A stretch of DNA of 64,000 nucleotides from an uncultured delta proteobacterium (GCA_963827685.1 CAWHBU010000003.1:960001-1024000); one strand, 5' to 3'; shown: positions 9,584-19,713, numbered from the stretch's first letter. Translations and numbers: made by a program. The notes: generated by a model not told the origin, from the letters alone.

Positions 9584-10558
9584 GATTTTTTCCCATTTCA
9601 TCTCCAATCTCTTCCCACTCCGAGAGGATTCGTAACAGACCTCAACGATTTTTAATGCCTCAAACCCAGCCTGCCCATCCGCCAAGGGCTTGGACCGACT
9701 CTTCATCGAATCAAGAAAGGCTCTTAATTCTATCGTCAGGGGCTCTTCTGGGTTGACGGGAATGCTTTGAGCCTCTCCTTCTAAGGCGACACATTTCGGC
9801 CCCTGCCTCTCATGTCGGTTCTCACAGAAGAGAAGGGAATTTTTTTGGAAGTCGCAATACAGGCTTGCTCGATCTCCGACAATGGCGATATCTCTTCTTT
9901 TTTCGGGCGGCATATAACCCGCCTCAATAAAAACAATCTTTCCATGATAGTCCAAAATGGAGACAGAGGTGTCATCAAGGGGAAGGTTGAGGTAATTTTT
10001 TACAACGGCCGTCACCGCTTGAGGGGGCTCACGAAGGAGATAATTGAAAAGATCGAAATAATGAATCGCATCCGTCTGGGTCACCCCGACATCCGTCCTG
10101 GGTCGTTTGAATCCCATGAAATGGCCATAGGCATACTGGACCTTCCCCAACCGACCCTCCTCGATGAGACTCTTGATCTTCGAGGAAGCAGGATGGTACC
10201 GATAGATATGGCCCACTTGAAGGATCACCCCTTTCTTATTCGCTCGGGTGATCATCTCTTTGGCCTCTCGAGACGTGAGGGCGATCGGTTTCTCCACGAA
10301 GACATCTTTCTTCTTATCAAAGCACTCTTTGCAGATGGTCAGGTGGTTATCGGCGGGTGTCACGATATCAACCCCATCTATTCGATCAAGGAAATCGTGA
10401 TAATCGGTGGAAAGATGATCTTCAGGGATGGAGAATTCCCGGCAGGTCTTCAGTTGGCTCGAATCTGAATCCACCACATAAAGTTCGTCGACAAGCTTCG
10501 TAAGAGCTTTCAAATGATTCTTGCCCCACCGTCCTATTCCGATCAATAAAAGCTTCAT
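9581..10558 (-). CDS. Gfo/Idh/MocA nucleotide-sugar dehydrogenase (WlbA/GnnA-like)
   Basis: IGIGRWG, VFVEKPIA, QVGH, D..HYFD; immediately upstream of the DegT aminotransferase. Confidence 0.85.
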   Translation of the reverse strand: MKLLLIGIGRWGKNHLKALTKLVDELYVVDSDSSQLKTCREFSIPEDHLSTDYHDFLDRIDGVDIVTPADNHLTICKECFDKKKDVFVEKPIALTSREAKEMITRANKKGVILQVGHIYRYHPASSKIKSLIEEGRLGKVQYAYGHFMGFKRPRTDVGVTQTDAIHYFDLFNYLLREPPQAVTAVVKNYLNLPLDDTSVSILDYHGKIVFIEAGYMPPEKRRDIAIVGDRASLYCDFQKNSLLFCENRHERQGPKCVALEGEAQSIPVNPEEPLTIELRAFLDSMKSRSKPLADGQAGFEALKIVEVCYESSRSGKRLEMKWEKI

Positions 10559-10667
10559 ATCTCTCCCTAACTCTCCTTAAGATTTTTGATGTCTTCTATT
10601 TCTTCCTTTTTAAAAAGACGAAAAGGAACCGACAGAATAAGTCCTTAAGATAAAAAAGGTTGTGACT

Positions 10668-11312
10668 TTATTTGTTACATAACAATAGTACGTTATCGGA
10701 AAATAATCTTGAGGCAGGGATGGCCTTATAAATATTTAAACCATTCTCCCTGAGCTCCTTCGATATCTCTTGGAGCGAGATCCTTTTCTTGATCGGCCTT
10801 TCGCTGAATAGGGATCCTATCCTGCGGGCCATCACTTTAAACCTATTTGGATAATTATAATCGATGATAAGCCATTTCTTGGTTACCCTTCTCATCTCTT
10901 GAAGCATTCGATATCTTATCTCAGCAGGGATATGATAGATAAATCTGATGGAGAAGATACAGTCAACACTATTGTCCTTAAATGCCATGGCCTCGGCATC
11001 CAGGCGGATATTCCAGAATGAGTCTTCAAAACCGTCCATCCTCTTTCTTGACTCCATCATCATCTCTAACGAGATATCCCCGCCGATCCATTTATACCCG
11101 CTTTTTAAGATCAGATGACTTAATCTTCCTGTCCCGCAGGGGATGTCCAGGGCAAGCCCTCTTCTCCCTGTCAACCGAATCAGCTTTGAGATCACCCTTT
11201 TGGTATTCCAATTCCTAAATCTTCCATAGATCCCCTTAAATCTTGTCTTCTCATAGCCCGCCGCATAGATCTTGTTTTGATACAGTTGCCTTACATGATA
11301 CATGCCCCACAC
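10668..11312 (-). CDS. Class I SAM-dependent methyltransferase
   Basis: LDIPCGTGR, GGDIS..M, FKDNSVD. Confidence 0.9.
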   Translation of the reverse strand: MWGMYHVRQLYQNKIYAAGYEKTRFKGIYGRFRNWNTKRVISKLIRLTGRRGLALDIPCGTGRLSHLILKSGYKWIGGDISLEMMMESRKRMDGFEDSFWNIRLDAEAMAFKDNSVDCIFSIRFIYHIPAEIRYRMLQEMRRVTKKWLIIDYNYPNRFKVMARRIGSLFSERPIKKRISLQEISKELRENGLNIYKAIPASRLFSDNVLLLCNK

Positions 11313-11457
11313 CTTTTCATTTCAATCTACAGAAGCTCTTCCATCCAATCTTTTTGACGGGTAAATCCTATCACTCATGGCTTCACTTTGATCCTCGTCG
11401 TTTCTATTTAACCCCGCTCTCTTGAGATGTCAATCCTTCCGAAAACTCATCCGAATC

Positions 11458-13059
11458 TCAGTGGTTCGAAATGAGAACATATTCCCAATTGGCCACTTTC
11501 ACCTGTTCAATAGGACAAAGCTCGACTCCTGTTTCCTTCTTAAGGTTACTGAGGACTTCCGGATAGATCACAACAAAAACGCGTTGGGAGGAGTTGAAGA
11601 TTTCAAGAAACCGTTCCTTGCTTTGAATACTCTCTATATAAGGCTTCTTTGTATAGTAAAGCAACCCATTAGACTTAAGGGAATACGTTTTGAGATCATC
11701 TCCGATCTCCATTCTTTTCAGGATTTTCTCTGCAAAGGACTTCGCTGACTTCTGAGGATTGAGTTTCGGCAGAACTGAATAGGAGAGATGGAGATGGAGA
11801 AGAGCGAAAGCGATCATGAGGCTGATGAACGAGGCCCATCTCTTTTTCTTGATAAAAAACAACAGGGAGAAAAAGGATCCAACCAATAAATAAGAGAGAA
11901 CGGAGAGCCCCAAGGATTGATAGTCCATCAGGGCCGGATAGAATCTTTGCGGAATTTTTGACAGGAACAGAACAGAGCCGGCGAAAAAGAGCAAAGTCAA
12001 AAGGAGAAGTCCGGACAGGAACCCCTTTTTCCCCTCCTCTGATTTAAACCAGCGATCCCATAAATTCCCAACCATCAGGGCGGCTGCCGGGTAAAGGGGT
12101 AAAAGGTAGTTATCCTTCTTTCCTTTGGAGAGGGTGAAGAAAAGGAAGATAAAAAGGAACCAGATAGAGAGAAATAGGAATTCTTTTCTTTTGCCAAACT
12201 CTTTCCGTAACCCAAATATGAATGCGGTGGGCAAGAAAACGATCCAAGGAAAGAATTCTACAGGAAAACGAATAAAATAGAAATGGAATGGCTCGGAATG
12301 AAAATGTCTTCCTCCCTCCACATAAGTTCCAACAGCCTGTTTAAAAAGGATCCAATGGACATAATCTTTTCCTCCAATCCAACAGGCAGGTATCCACCAT
12401 ATCAACACAACCATGACAGAGAGAAGAAATCCCAGGAGAAGGTCGCGGCACCAAAACTCCCTCATATTCTTTTGAAAACCGGAGAAGATCAGAAAGATAG
12501 GGAGCGTAAGATAAGCAATAGGCCCTTTCGTTAAGATCGCAAGCCCCGTAAAGAGCCCAGCCAGAAGGTAATACCTCCGGCGCCGCTCCTCCTTCTCGTA
12601 GCCCAGGTAGAAGGAGAAGAGGGCCAGAAGAAAGAAGAGCGTGAAAAGAGAATCCAACATCATCCAGCGCGATAAGTGAGGGAACAGGATACACGTCCCC
12701 AGAACCATCGCGGAAAGGAATCCGACTCTGAGACGAAATAGTTTCTCTCCAAGAAGAAAAGTGACGAAAAGGGTAATCAACCCTGCCAGGGCGGAGGGAA
12801 GGCGATTGGTCAACTCGTTATTCTCTCCTAAAAAGAAAGTGGAGAGATTGACCAACCAAAAAGAAAGGGGAGGTTTCTCTGCATAAACGTCTCCGTTGAG
12901 ATGAGGCAAAATCCAATTCCCTGTTTCTTTCATTTCCCGAGCGATCACTGCATATCGGGTTTCATCCGGTTCCCATAGATCCCTTCCACCCAAATTGAAA
13001 ATGAATAGAACCATCCCGATGGCGAGTATGGCGAAGACATATTTTCTTCTCACATCCAT
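11458..13059 (-). CDS. ArnT/GT39-family glycosyltransferase
   Basis: DLWEPDETRY, EKPPL, RLPSA, LTKGP, YLLPLYPAA; ATG 13059 chosen for its GGAGG RBS. Confidence 0.9.
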   Translation of the reverse strand: MDVRRKYVFAILAIGMVLFIFNLGGRDLWEPDETRYAVIAREMKETGNWILPHLNGDVYAEKPPLSFWLVNLSTFFLGENNELTNRLPSALAGLITLFVTFLLGEKLFRLRVGFLSAMVLGTCILFPHLSRWMMLDSLFTLFFLLALFSFYLGYEKEERRRRYYLLAGLFTGLAILTKGPIAYLTLPIFLIFSGFQKNMREFWCRDLLLGFLLSVMVVLIWWIPACWIGGKDYVHWILFKQAVGTYVEGGRHFHSEPFHFYFIRFPVEFFPWIVFLPTAFIFGLRKEFGKRKEFLFLSIWFLFIFLFFTLSKGKKDNYLLPLYPAAALMVGNLWDRWFKSEEGKKGFLSGLLLLTLLFFAGSVLFLSKIPQRFYPALMDYQSLGLSVLSYLLVGSFFSLLFFIKKKRWASFISLMIAFALLHLHLSYSVLPKLNPQKSAKSFAEKILKRMEIGDDLKTYSLKSNGLLYYTKKPYIESIQSKERFLEIFNSSQRVFVVIYPEVLSNLKKETGVELCPIEQVKVANWEYVLISNH

Positions 13060-13371
13060 AAACTTAAAGTCCCCTCCAAATCTATACACATTGAAGAAGA
13101 ACAAGGTTTTACCAGTCTATTAGAATCAATACTCCAAAGACAAGTAAATTTTTTAAGGGAAAAATTATAACACAAAGATCATAAAAGTGGAGTCGACATA
13201 CATTAGATTTATATTAAGATTCCTTAATGTTATTGAAAAGGTCCCCATTTGATATTAGTATATGGTATTTCTATGTCTACCATTTCTATTACTATTTTAG
13301 CCAAATCTGTACATTCATGAACTTTATGAGTCGAAGTGGGAAGCCTTTTATTTGAAATCATTACTATTAAG

Positions 13372-13416
13372 TATCAAGAAGTTAAAATTAGTTTATTTCA
13401 TTGGCATCCTTTTTGC
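13372..13416 (+). promoter_or_regulatory. IHF site plus sigma54 -24/-12 promoter of the ACP operon
   Basis: TATCAAgaagTTA (13372-84) fits WATCAAN4TTR; TGGCAT-ccttt-TTGC at 13402-16. Confidence 0.7.
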
Positions 13417-13492
13417 CACATTTTTAAAAATTCTAACTCAACAGAATTAGCCACTCTAAATTTTCCTTGGGATTGGCATAGAGGAGGTATCC

Positions 13493-13765
13493 ATGTCTAC
13501 AATAGAGAGACTGAAAAAACTTTTTATCAACAAATTTGATTTTAACATTGAGGAACTCAAACCCGAAACAACCCTCGAATATTTGGGCCTCGACTCCCTC
13601 GATAAGATCGAATTCATGTTCGATATCGAAAATGAATTTAATATAAAAATTCCTGACCAAGAATTTAAGGTGACAACGATACAGGACATCGTAGATGCTG
13701 TGGACCGGTTCATCTCGGAACAAAGGATAGGGTCTTTAAGCCCGGTGATGCTCAGTAATAGTTGA
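13493..13765 (+). CDS. Acyl carrier protein
   Basis: LGLDSLD phosphopantetheine site, acidic protein, GGAGG RBS. Confidence 0.95.
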   Translation: MSTIERLKKLFINKFDFNIEELKPETTLEYLGLDSLDKIEFMFDIENEFNIKIPDQEFKVTTIQDIVDAVDRFISEQRIGSLSPVMLSNS

Positions 13766-13799
13766 ACTAAATAAATATGAACGCGGAGATTTTATTTTG

Positions 13800-15038
13800 A
13801 TGAAACGGAGAGTGGCGGTCACAGGAATGGGTATTATTTCCGCTTGTGGGAATAATATCAATGATTTTTCAGCCAATATCACGGCTGGCAAGTCCGGAGT
13901 CAGAAGGATCTCTTCAGAATATTCAAACCCCCTTTCAGTAAAAATTGCAGCCGAAGTCGATTTTAATCCTTTCGATTATTTTGAAAAGAGACAAGTATCT
14001 TACTTAGATCGCGTCAACCAATTCGCTTTGGCCGCTGCTTCGCAAGCCTGGAAGGATGCAGTGCTTTCTCTCGATGCGAAGGAAAAAGGACGGTCGGGAG
14101 TATATATGGGTACGGGGTTAGGCGGTGCGAATGCCCTAGAGGATGGGTACATACGATTGTTCAAGGAAAACTCAGATAGGGTGAAACCATTATCTGTCTT
14201 GATGATCATGAACAATGCTTCCGCTTCCCATATCTCTATAGAGTATGGACTCACGGGGCCATGTTTGACTATATCCACGGCTTGTGCTTCGTCCGCAAAC
14301 GCGATTGGTGAGGCCTTCCGACAGATCAGAGACGGTTATGCTGAGGTCATGCTCGCAGGAGGGACTGAGTCCTTTTTAACTTACGGGGTTTTCCGAAGTT
14401 GGGAGGCCCTCAGGGTTCTGGCTGTGGAAGACCCTGATGACCCGTCAAAATCTTGCAAGCCTTTCTCGAGAAACCGCTCGGGGTTAGTGCTTGGGGAGGG
14501 GGCTGCCGTGGTAGTGCTCGAGGAGATGGAGAGGGCCGTTCGCCGTGAAGCCCCACTCTACGCCGAGATCCTTGGCTATGGGTCTACCTCTGATGCCTTT
14601 CATATTACTAAACCTTCTTTTGAAGGACAGGCACAAGCCATCTCAGGAGCGATCAAAGAAGGGGGGGTCTCTCCTGAAGATATAGACTACATCAATGCTC
14701 ATGGCACGGCAACCCAGTTGAATGATCTATTGGAGACCCAAGCCATCAAGAAGGTATTCGGCGATTACGCCTACAAGGTCCCCATTAGTTCTACAAAATC
14801 GATGCATGGTCATACAATTGGAGCCGCTGGGGCAATTGAATTGATCGTCTCACTTCTTGCAATTAAAAACCAAGCCATTCCCCCAACGATCAACCTTGAT
14901 CAACCCGACCCCGATTGTGACCTTGATTATGTTCCAAACATTGGCCGTGAAGGGGTGAAGGTGAATACGGTGATGTCGAATTCTTTCGCTTTTGGAGGAA
15001 CGAATGCGGTCCTCATCGCCAGGAAGGTGGGGGAATGA
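13800..15038 (+). CDS. Beta-ketoacyl-ACP synthase (FabF-like)
   Basis: TACASS, INAHGT, KSMHGH (Cys-His-His triad), SNSFAFGGTN. Confidence 0.95.
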   Translation: MKRRVAVTGMGIISACGNNINDFSANITAGKSGVRRISSEYSNPLSVKIAAEVDFNPFDYFEKRQVSYLDRVNQFALAAASQAWKDAVLSLDAKEKGRSGVYMGTGLGGANALEDGYIRLFKENSDRVKPLSVLMIMNNASASHISIEYGLTGPCLTISTACASSANAIGEAFRQIRDGYAEVMLAGGTESFLTYGVFRSWEALRVLAVEDPDDPSKSCKPFSRNRSGLVLGEGAAVVVLEEMERAVRREAPLYAEILGYGSTSDAFHITKPSFEGQAQAISGAIKEGGVSPEDIDYINAHGTATQLNDLLETQAIKKVFGDYAYKVPISSTKSMHGHTIGAAGAIELIVSLLAIKNQAIPPTINLDQPDPDCDLDYVPNIGREGVKVNTVMSNSFAFGGTNAVLIARKVGE

Positions 15039-15039
15039 T

Positions 15040-15756
15040 ATGAAATACATGTTTTTCTGTGACTTTGACGGAACGGTCACGAGAGAAGATGTGATCGACA
15101 GGATTCTAGAAGAATTTGCTGACCCGATGTGGATGGAGATAGAGCAGTCCTGGGTGAAAGGAGAAATCGGTTCTCGGGAGTGCCTGGCCATGCAGACCAA
15201 GCTCATCAAGGCAAAAAAATGTGACCTTCTCGATTTTGTGAAAGGGATCGAAATTGACCCAACCTTTATCGATTTCGCCAGGTATTGTAAAAGCAAGTCC
15301 TTTGACCTCATCATTCTCAGCGATGGAATCGACCTGTTCATCAACTCCATACTGAATCGATATGGGCTGAAGAATATTAGAGTATACGCCAATAGTCTGA
15401 GGTCACCCTCCGAGGGCCATGAGATGTTCTTCCCTTATTTCAGGAAGGATTGTTTGAGTCGAAGCGGCGTCTGCAAGTGTAAGATCATGGAAGAACTTTC
15501 CAGTCCAGAGGGAATCAACATTCTTGTAGGCGATGGCCGCTCCGATTTTTGCATCGCAAGAAAAGCGACCCTGACCTTCGCTAAATCATCCCTCCTTGAT
15601 TTCTGCAGGACCGAAAAAATCCCACATATGGAGCATAGAGAATTTGGAGACATCACTGAATGGTTGAAGGATCAAATGGGTCAAGATCGTTTCATCTCTC
15701 AGAGGACTTTCGTCCATCCTGGTCTAAGGGGAGCCCGGAATGGTCAACGATGCTGA
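15040..15756 (+). CDS. HAD-IB phosphatase (MtnX-like)
   Basis: CDFDGTVT, LSDG, GVCKC, VGDGRSDFC. Confidence 0.9.
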   Translation: MKYMFFCDFDGTVTREDVIDRILEEFADPMWMEIEQSWVKGEIGSRECLAMQTKLIKAKKCDLLDFVKGIEIDPTFIDFARYCKSKSFDLIILSDGIDLFINSILNRYGLKNIRVYANSLRSPSEGHEMFFPYFRKDCLSRSGVCKCKIMEELSSPEGINILVGDGRSDFCIARKATLTFAKSSLLDFCRTEKIPHMEHREFGDITEWLKDQMGQDRFISQRTFVHPGLRGARNGQRC

Positions 15757-17110
15757 ACTGATCAAGAAAGATTCGATCTACTGTTCTTATGGAGATACGG
15801 TTCACTATGCGGAACCTCCGAAAATCTTCAGAGGATGCGAAGGGAGTTTTCTTTACGACAGCGCAGATATTCCTTACCTTGACCTTCAGATGTGGTACTC
15901 CGCTGCAAGTTTCGGATATAAAAATCAGAGACTGCGCGAGGCTTTTCGGACTCAGATCGATACCCTTCCTCAACTCGCCTGCCAATACCTTCATGAAGGG
16001 AAGGTGCTTCTCGCAGAAAAAATCTGTCTTGCGAATATGAAGAGGTTCAAAGAAAAAGGCAGAATTCATTTTAACGTTGGCGGCGCCCAGGCGATTGAAG
16101 ACGCTCTAAAACTCGTTCGAAACGCAAAGGAAAAGAATCTGATGTTCGCCTTCATGGGGAGCTATCATGGACGAACGCTGGGGGCCTCCGCGATCACTTC
16201 AAGTTATCGCTACAGGAGGAGGTACGGCCATTTCTCAGACCGAGCCCAATTTATTCCATATCCTTACTGTTTCCGATGTTATTATGGGAAGAAACGGGAG
16301 GATTGTGATTTCTACTGCATTTCCCAATTTAAAAAGCTTTTTGAGACAGAGTATTACTCGGTCATCGATACAAAAGTGAAGGAGTCCGAGTATGCGGCTT
16401 TTTTCGTAGAGTCTATCCAGGCGACAGGGGGTTATATCGTGCCCCCCAAGGATTATTTTAAAAGATTTAAAAAAATCCTCGACAATTGGAGAATCTTGTT
16501 CGTGGATGATGAAATCCAGATGGGTATCTACAGAACAGGAAAACTCTGGGCCATCGAGAATTTTGAGGTCAGCCCTGATATCGTCGTTTTTGGAAAAGCA
16601 TTGACCAATGGCCTAAACCCATTATCAGGGGTCTGGGCCAAAGAAGGTCTGATCTCCCCTGCCCTCTTCCCTCCTGGGTCAACCCATTCGACCTTTTCAT
16701 CAAATCCACTCGGTACAAGCATTGCTCTTGAGGTGATGGCGATGCTTGAAGAGGAAGATTATGAAAAGAAAGTGTCAGAAAGCGGAGGTTATTTCCTCTC
16801 CTTGCTTCGAGATCTCAAGAAGAAACACCGGGAGATAGGAGATGTGGATGGCCTGGGACTAGCGCTCCGGGTGGAGATATGCAAATCAGACAGCTTTACT
16901 CCTGACAGGGAGCTGACAGAGAGAATGTTTCTTGAAGGGTTGAAAGGGACCTTAAGCTACAATGGATCGAAATATGGACTGATCCTCGACATTGGGGGGT
17001 ATTATAAGAATGTCTTCACCCTTGCCCCTTCTCTCCACATCACCCAAGCCGAAATGGAGATGGCAGTTGAACTGCTTGACCAACTAATAAGCAAGTGTAA
17101 GAAAGCATAG
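15740..17110 (+). CDS. Class III PLP aminotransferase-family protein
   Basis: SYHGRT, FVDDEIQMGIYRTG, FGKALTNG (PLP Lys), HSTFSSNP. Confidence 0.95.
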   Translation: MVNDAELIKKDSIYCSYGDTVHYAEPPKIFRGCEGSFLYDSADIPYLDLQMWYSAASFGYKNQRLREAFRTQIDTLPQLACQYLHEGKVLLAEKICLANMKRFKEKGRIHFNVGGAQAIEDALKLVRNAKEKNLMFAFMGSYHGRTLGASAITSSYRYRRRYGHFSDRAQFIPYPYCFRCYYGKKREDCDFYCISQFKKLFETEYYSVIDTKVKESEYAAFFVESIQATGGYIVPPKDYFKRFKKILDNWRILFVDDEIQMGIYRTGKLWAIENFEVSPDIVVFGKALTNGLNPLSGVWAKEGLISPALFPPGSTHSTFSSNPLGTSIALEVMAMLEEEDYEKKVSESGGYFLSLLRDLKKKHREIGDVDGLGLALRVEICKSDSFTPDRELTERMFLEGLKGTLSYNGSKYGLILDIGGYYKNVFTLAPSLHITQAEMEMAVELLDQLISKCKKA

Positions 17111-17119
17111 GACGCTTGA

Positions 17120-17968
17120 ATGCCCGATCACGAGATAGACCTCTCCGGCAGAAATCATTCGGTGCTCCTCATTCATGGACTGACGGGGAGCCCTTTCGAG
17201 ATGAAATACCTTGCTAGAAAGTTAAACAAGGCCGGGTTCACCGTTAAAGGACCCTGCCTGGACGGGCATTGTACAACCCTCAAGAATCTTTCTAAAACCA
17301 ACTGGAAAGATTGGTACCGGTCCGTCTGTGATAGTTTTATAGAGATGAAGAAGTCTTCTGATACGGTATCCGTCGTGGGCCTTTGTATGGGGGCCCTTCT
17401 TTCCCTTCACCTCTCTTATGAGTTTGGCTCAGAAGTGGCAGCCGTATCTCTGATTTCGACGACTCTTTTTTATGATGGCTGGAGCCTCCCTTGGTATAAG
17501 TTTCTCCTTCCCATCTCTTATTATTTCCCATTTAGGTATGTCTATTCTTATTCAGAGACAGAGCCTTATGGGATAAAGAATAAGGCATTAAGAGAACGAA
17601 TTGTCAACCTGATGGAGAATGACTCTATTGCCTATACAAAAACTCCCGCCGCAAGTATCCATGAGCTGTTTAAGTTGATCAAACAGGTGAAAAAAGAGCT
17701 CCCTGCGATCACGACACCCGCCTTGATCCTCCACTCCAGCGAAGACGATCTCACGAGTACCAAGAACCCGGATTATGTCGAGGAGAAAATCGGATCCAAG
17801 ATCGTTCGAAAGATTATTTTGGATGACAGTTATCACATGATGACGATCGATAATCAGAAGGACCGTGTGGCCGAAGAAACGATAAAGTTTTTTAGGGAGC
17901 AAATATCTCCTCATGTTCAGACAGAACGTCAAGCGGGAGAATTTCTCCCCAATGGTGGTTACCTTTAA
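17120..17968 (+). CDS. Alpha/beta-hydrolase-fold protein with Cys at the nucleophile elbow
   Basis: LIHGLTG, GLCMG instead of GxSxG, SEDDL (Asp), SYHM (His). Confidence 0.85.
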   Translation: MPDHEIDLSGRNHSVLLIHGLTGSPFEMKYLARKLNKAGFTVKGPCLDGHCTTLKNLSKTNWKDWYRSVCDSFIEMKKSSDTVSVVGLCMGALLSLHLSYEFGSEVAAVSLISTTLFYDGWSLPWYKFLLPISYYFPFRYVYSYSETEPYGIKNKALRERIVNLMENDSIAYTKTPAASIHELFKLIKQVKKELPAITTPALILHSSEDDLTSTKNPDYVEEKIGSKIVRKIILDDSYHMMTIDNQKDRVAEETIKFFREQISPHVQTERQAGEFLPNGGYL

Positions 17969-18017
17969 TTCCGATATCACAAAATCTTAGTTTTCTTGCC
18001 TAAGTAAGGAGGAAAAT

Positions 18018-18212
18018 ATGTTTGGCGGAATAGGGATGCCGGAGCTACTTGTCATTTTGGTCATCGTCTTGATCATTTTTGGTGCCAATAAACTTCCCCA
18101 GATCGGTGAAGGGCTTGGAAAAGGAATCCAAAACTTCAAGAAGAACATCAAAGGGAAGGGAGAGACTGATATCACTTCCAAGAGCGCCGAGCAAATGTCC
18201 GGGGGAAAATAA
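18018..18212 (+). CDS. tatA: Twin-arginine translocase TatA/E
   Basis: [37 protein letters not shown]. Confidence 0.95.
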   Translation: MFGGIGMPELLVILVIVLIIFGANKLPQIGEGLGKGIQNFKKNIKGKGETDITSKSAEQMSGGK

Positions 18213-18261
18213 GAGGCCAAAGGCTGCATTCTTGTAAAGATTAAATTTAAGAGAAGATTTC

Positions 18262-19713
18262 TTAATTTCCGTGAGAAGGGTTTGCAATCCTTTGGAGGGG
18301 TAAATAGACGGTAAAGGTGGAACCTTGATTTATTTCACTATCGACTTCGATGCTTCCTTGGTGGGCGTGTACAATCCACTCGACAATGCTCAATCCAAGG
18401 CCCACCCCACCGGTCTCCCTTGATCGGGATTTATCCATCCGGTAGAAACGTTTGAAGATCTTTTCTCGCTCCTCTTTGGGAATTCCCATTCCGGTGTCTA
18501 TTATTTTGACCAGAACAGCACCTTCATTCTTTTCAACCGTGATATGGATGGCTCCCTGCGACGTGTATTTGATAGCATTGTCAATCAGGTTGGTAAAGAG
18601 TTGCTGAAGACGAACCTTATCCCCTATCACCGTGACCTCTTCAAGGGCACCTATTTCCAAGGCAATATTTTTTTGCTCCGCAAGGACTTGGAAGAGATTG
18701 CATAGGTCCTTAATCAGAAGGTCCAGACGAAGGGGAACCATTTTCAACTCCACCTGGGTGGTATCAAACTTAGAAAGCAAGATCAAGTCATTGATCATCT
18801 GATTCAGATGGTCAAACTGTTCTATGAAATGGACCAACCCTTCCTGATACTCTTCGGCTTTTCTTTCTTTCAAAAGTAAAACCTCTGCTTCTCCCCTCAT
18901 GGCACAGATAGGAGTCTTCAATTCATGAGAGGCATCGGCGGTAAATTCAGCCATTCGTTTAAAAGAAGTCTCTAATCTGGCAATCATTTCATTGATCGTC
19001 CGGATGAGGTCGTCCATCTCATCGTCTGTCCCCCTCGGAGTGAGTCTCTCGCTGAGCTTTTGAGAGGTAATGCTCTGAGCTTTCGCTGCAATATAACCGA
19101 TCGGAGAAAGAGACCTTCTGGCTAATATCCACCCTCCCAATGTTCCTAATACCAATATGATAGGAAGGGCTGCCAAAATATTATTTCTAAAATGCGATAG
19201 ATTTTGTCTCACAAAATAAAGATGGGTCCCCAGTTGAATGATTTCAGTGAGTTTTCCATTCTTATAAACGGGTGTACTGATGATACGAAATGTCTCTCTT
19301 CTCCCAGAACTATAAACTTCTTCCCGAGTCTCTTTCCCGTTCCTGGCATTGGTCAACACCCGATCCTTTGCAACATATCCCATCTCTCCAAACTCTTTCG
19401 AAACGTAGAGCGGTTTCCCCTCGTTATCCAAAATTTGAAAAAAGAAGGGATAATACTTTCGGGCCATCACTTCATCTTCGAATCTCACTAAGAAATATGT
19501 CTCTTTCGGCTCCTTGGACAAAACCCTCTCCATTTCCGTTGTTTCGTCAAGGAGAAATTGATCGATCTCTTTGAGGAGTCGATACCTCAGACCCAAGTAA
19601 AGGACCATACAAACCACGAGCGCAGAGACTAAGAAGGTGAGTATATACCAAAGGGTCATCTTGAAGTCGGTCCTTCGGTAAAACTTACCCCCGATCTTCC
19701 AGGACATATCCAA
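18262..19713 (-). CDS. HAMP sensor histidine kinase (CusS/heavy-metal type)
   Basis: 2 TM, HAMP, FTADASHELKTP, NLIDNAIKY, DTGMGI, GGVGLGL. Confidence 0.95.
   Translation of the reverse strand: MDMSWKIGGKFYRRTDFKMTLWYILTFLVSALVVCMVLYLGLRYRLLKEIDQFLLDETTEMERVLSKEPKETYFLVRFEDEVMARKYYPFFFQILDNEGKPLYVSKEFGEMGYVAKDRVLTNARNGKETREEVYSSGRRETFRIISTPVYKNGKLTEIIQLGTHLYFVRQNLSHFRNNILAALPIILVLGTLGGWILARRSLSPIGYIAAKAQSITSQKLSERLTPRGTDDEMDDLIRTINEMIARLETSFKRMAEFTADASHELKTPICAMRGEAEVLLLKERKAEEYQEGLVHFIEQFDHLNQMINDLILLSKFDTTQVELKMVPLRLDLLIKDLCNLFQVLAEQKNIALEIGALEEVTVIGDKVRLQQLFTNLIDNAIKYTSQGAIHITVEKNEGAVLVKIIDTGMGIPKEEREKIFKRFYRMDKSRSRETGGVGLGLSIVEWIVHAHQGSIEVDSEINQGSTFTVYLPLQRIANPSHGN

Noticed and set aside
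13493-15038. Housekeeping acpP/fabF
   Set aside because: No fabG/fabD/plsX context, divergent ACP, sigma54 promoter; symbols withheld
15040-15756. mtnX of methionine salvage
   Set aside because: Family match only; no other mtn genes nearby and it is coupled to ACP/KS genes
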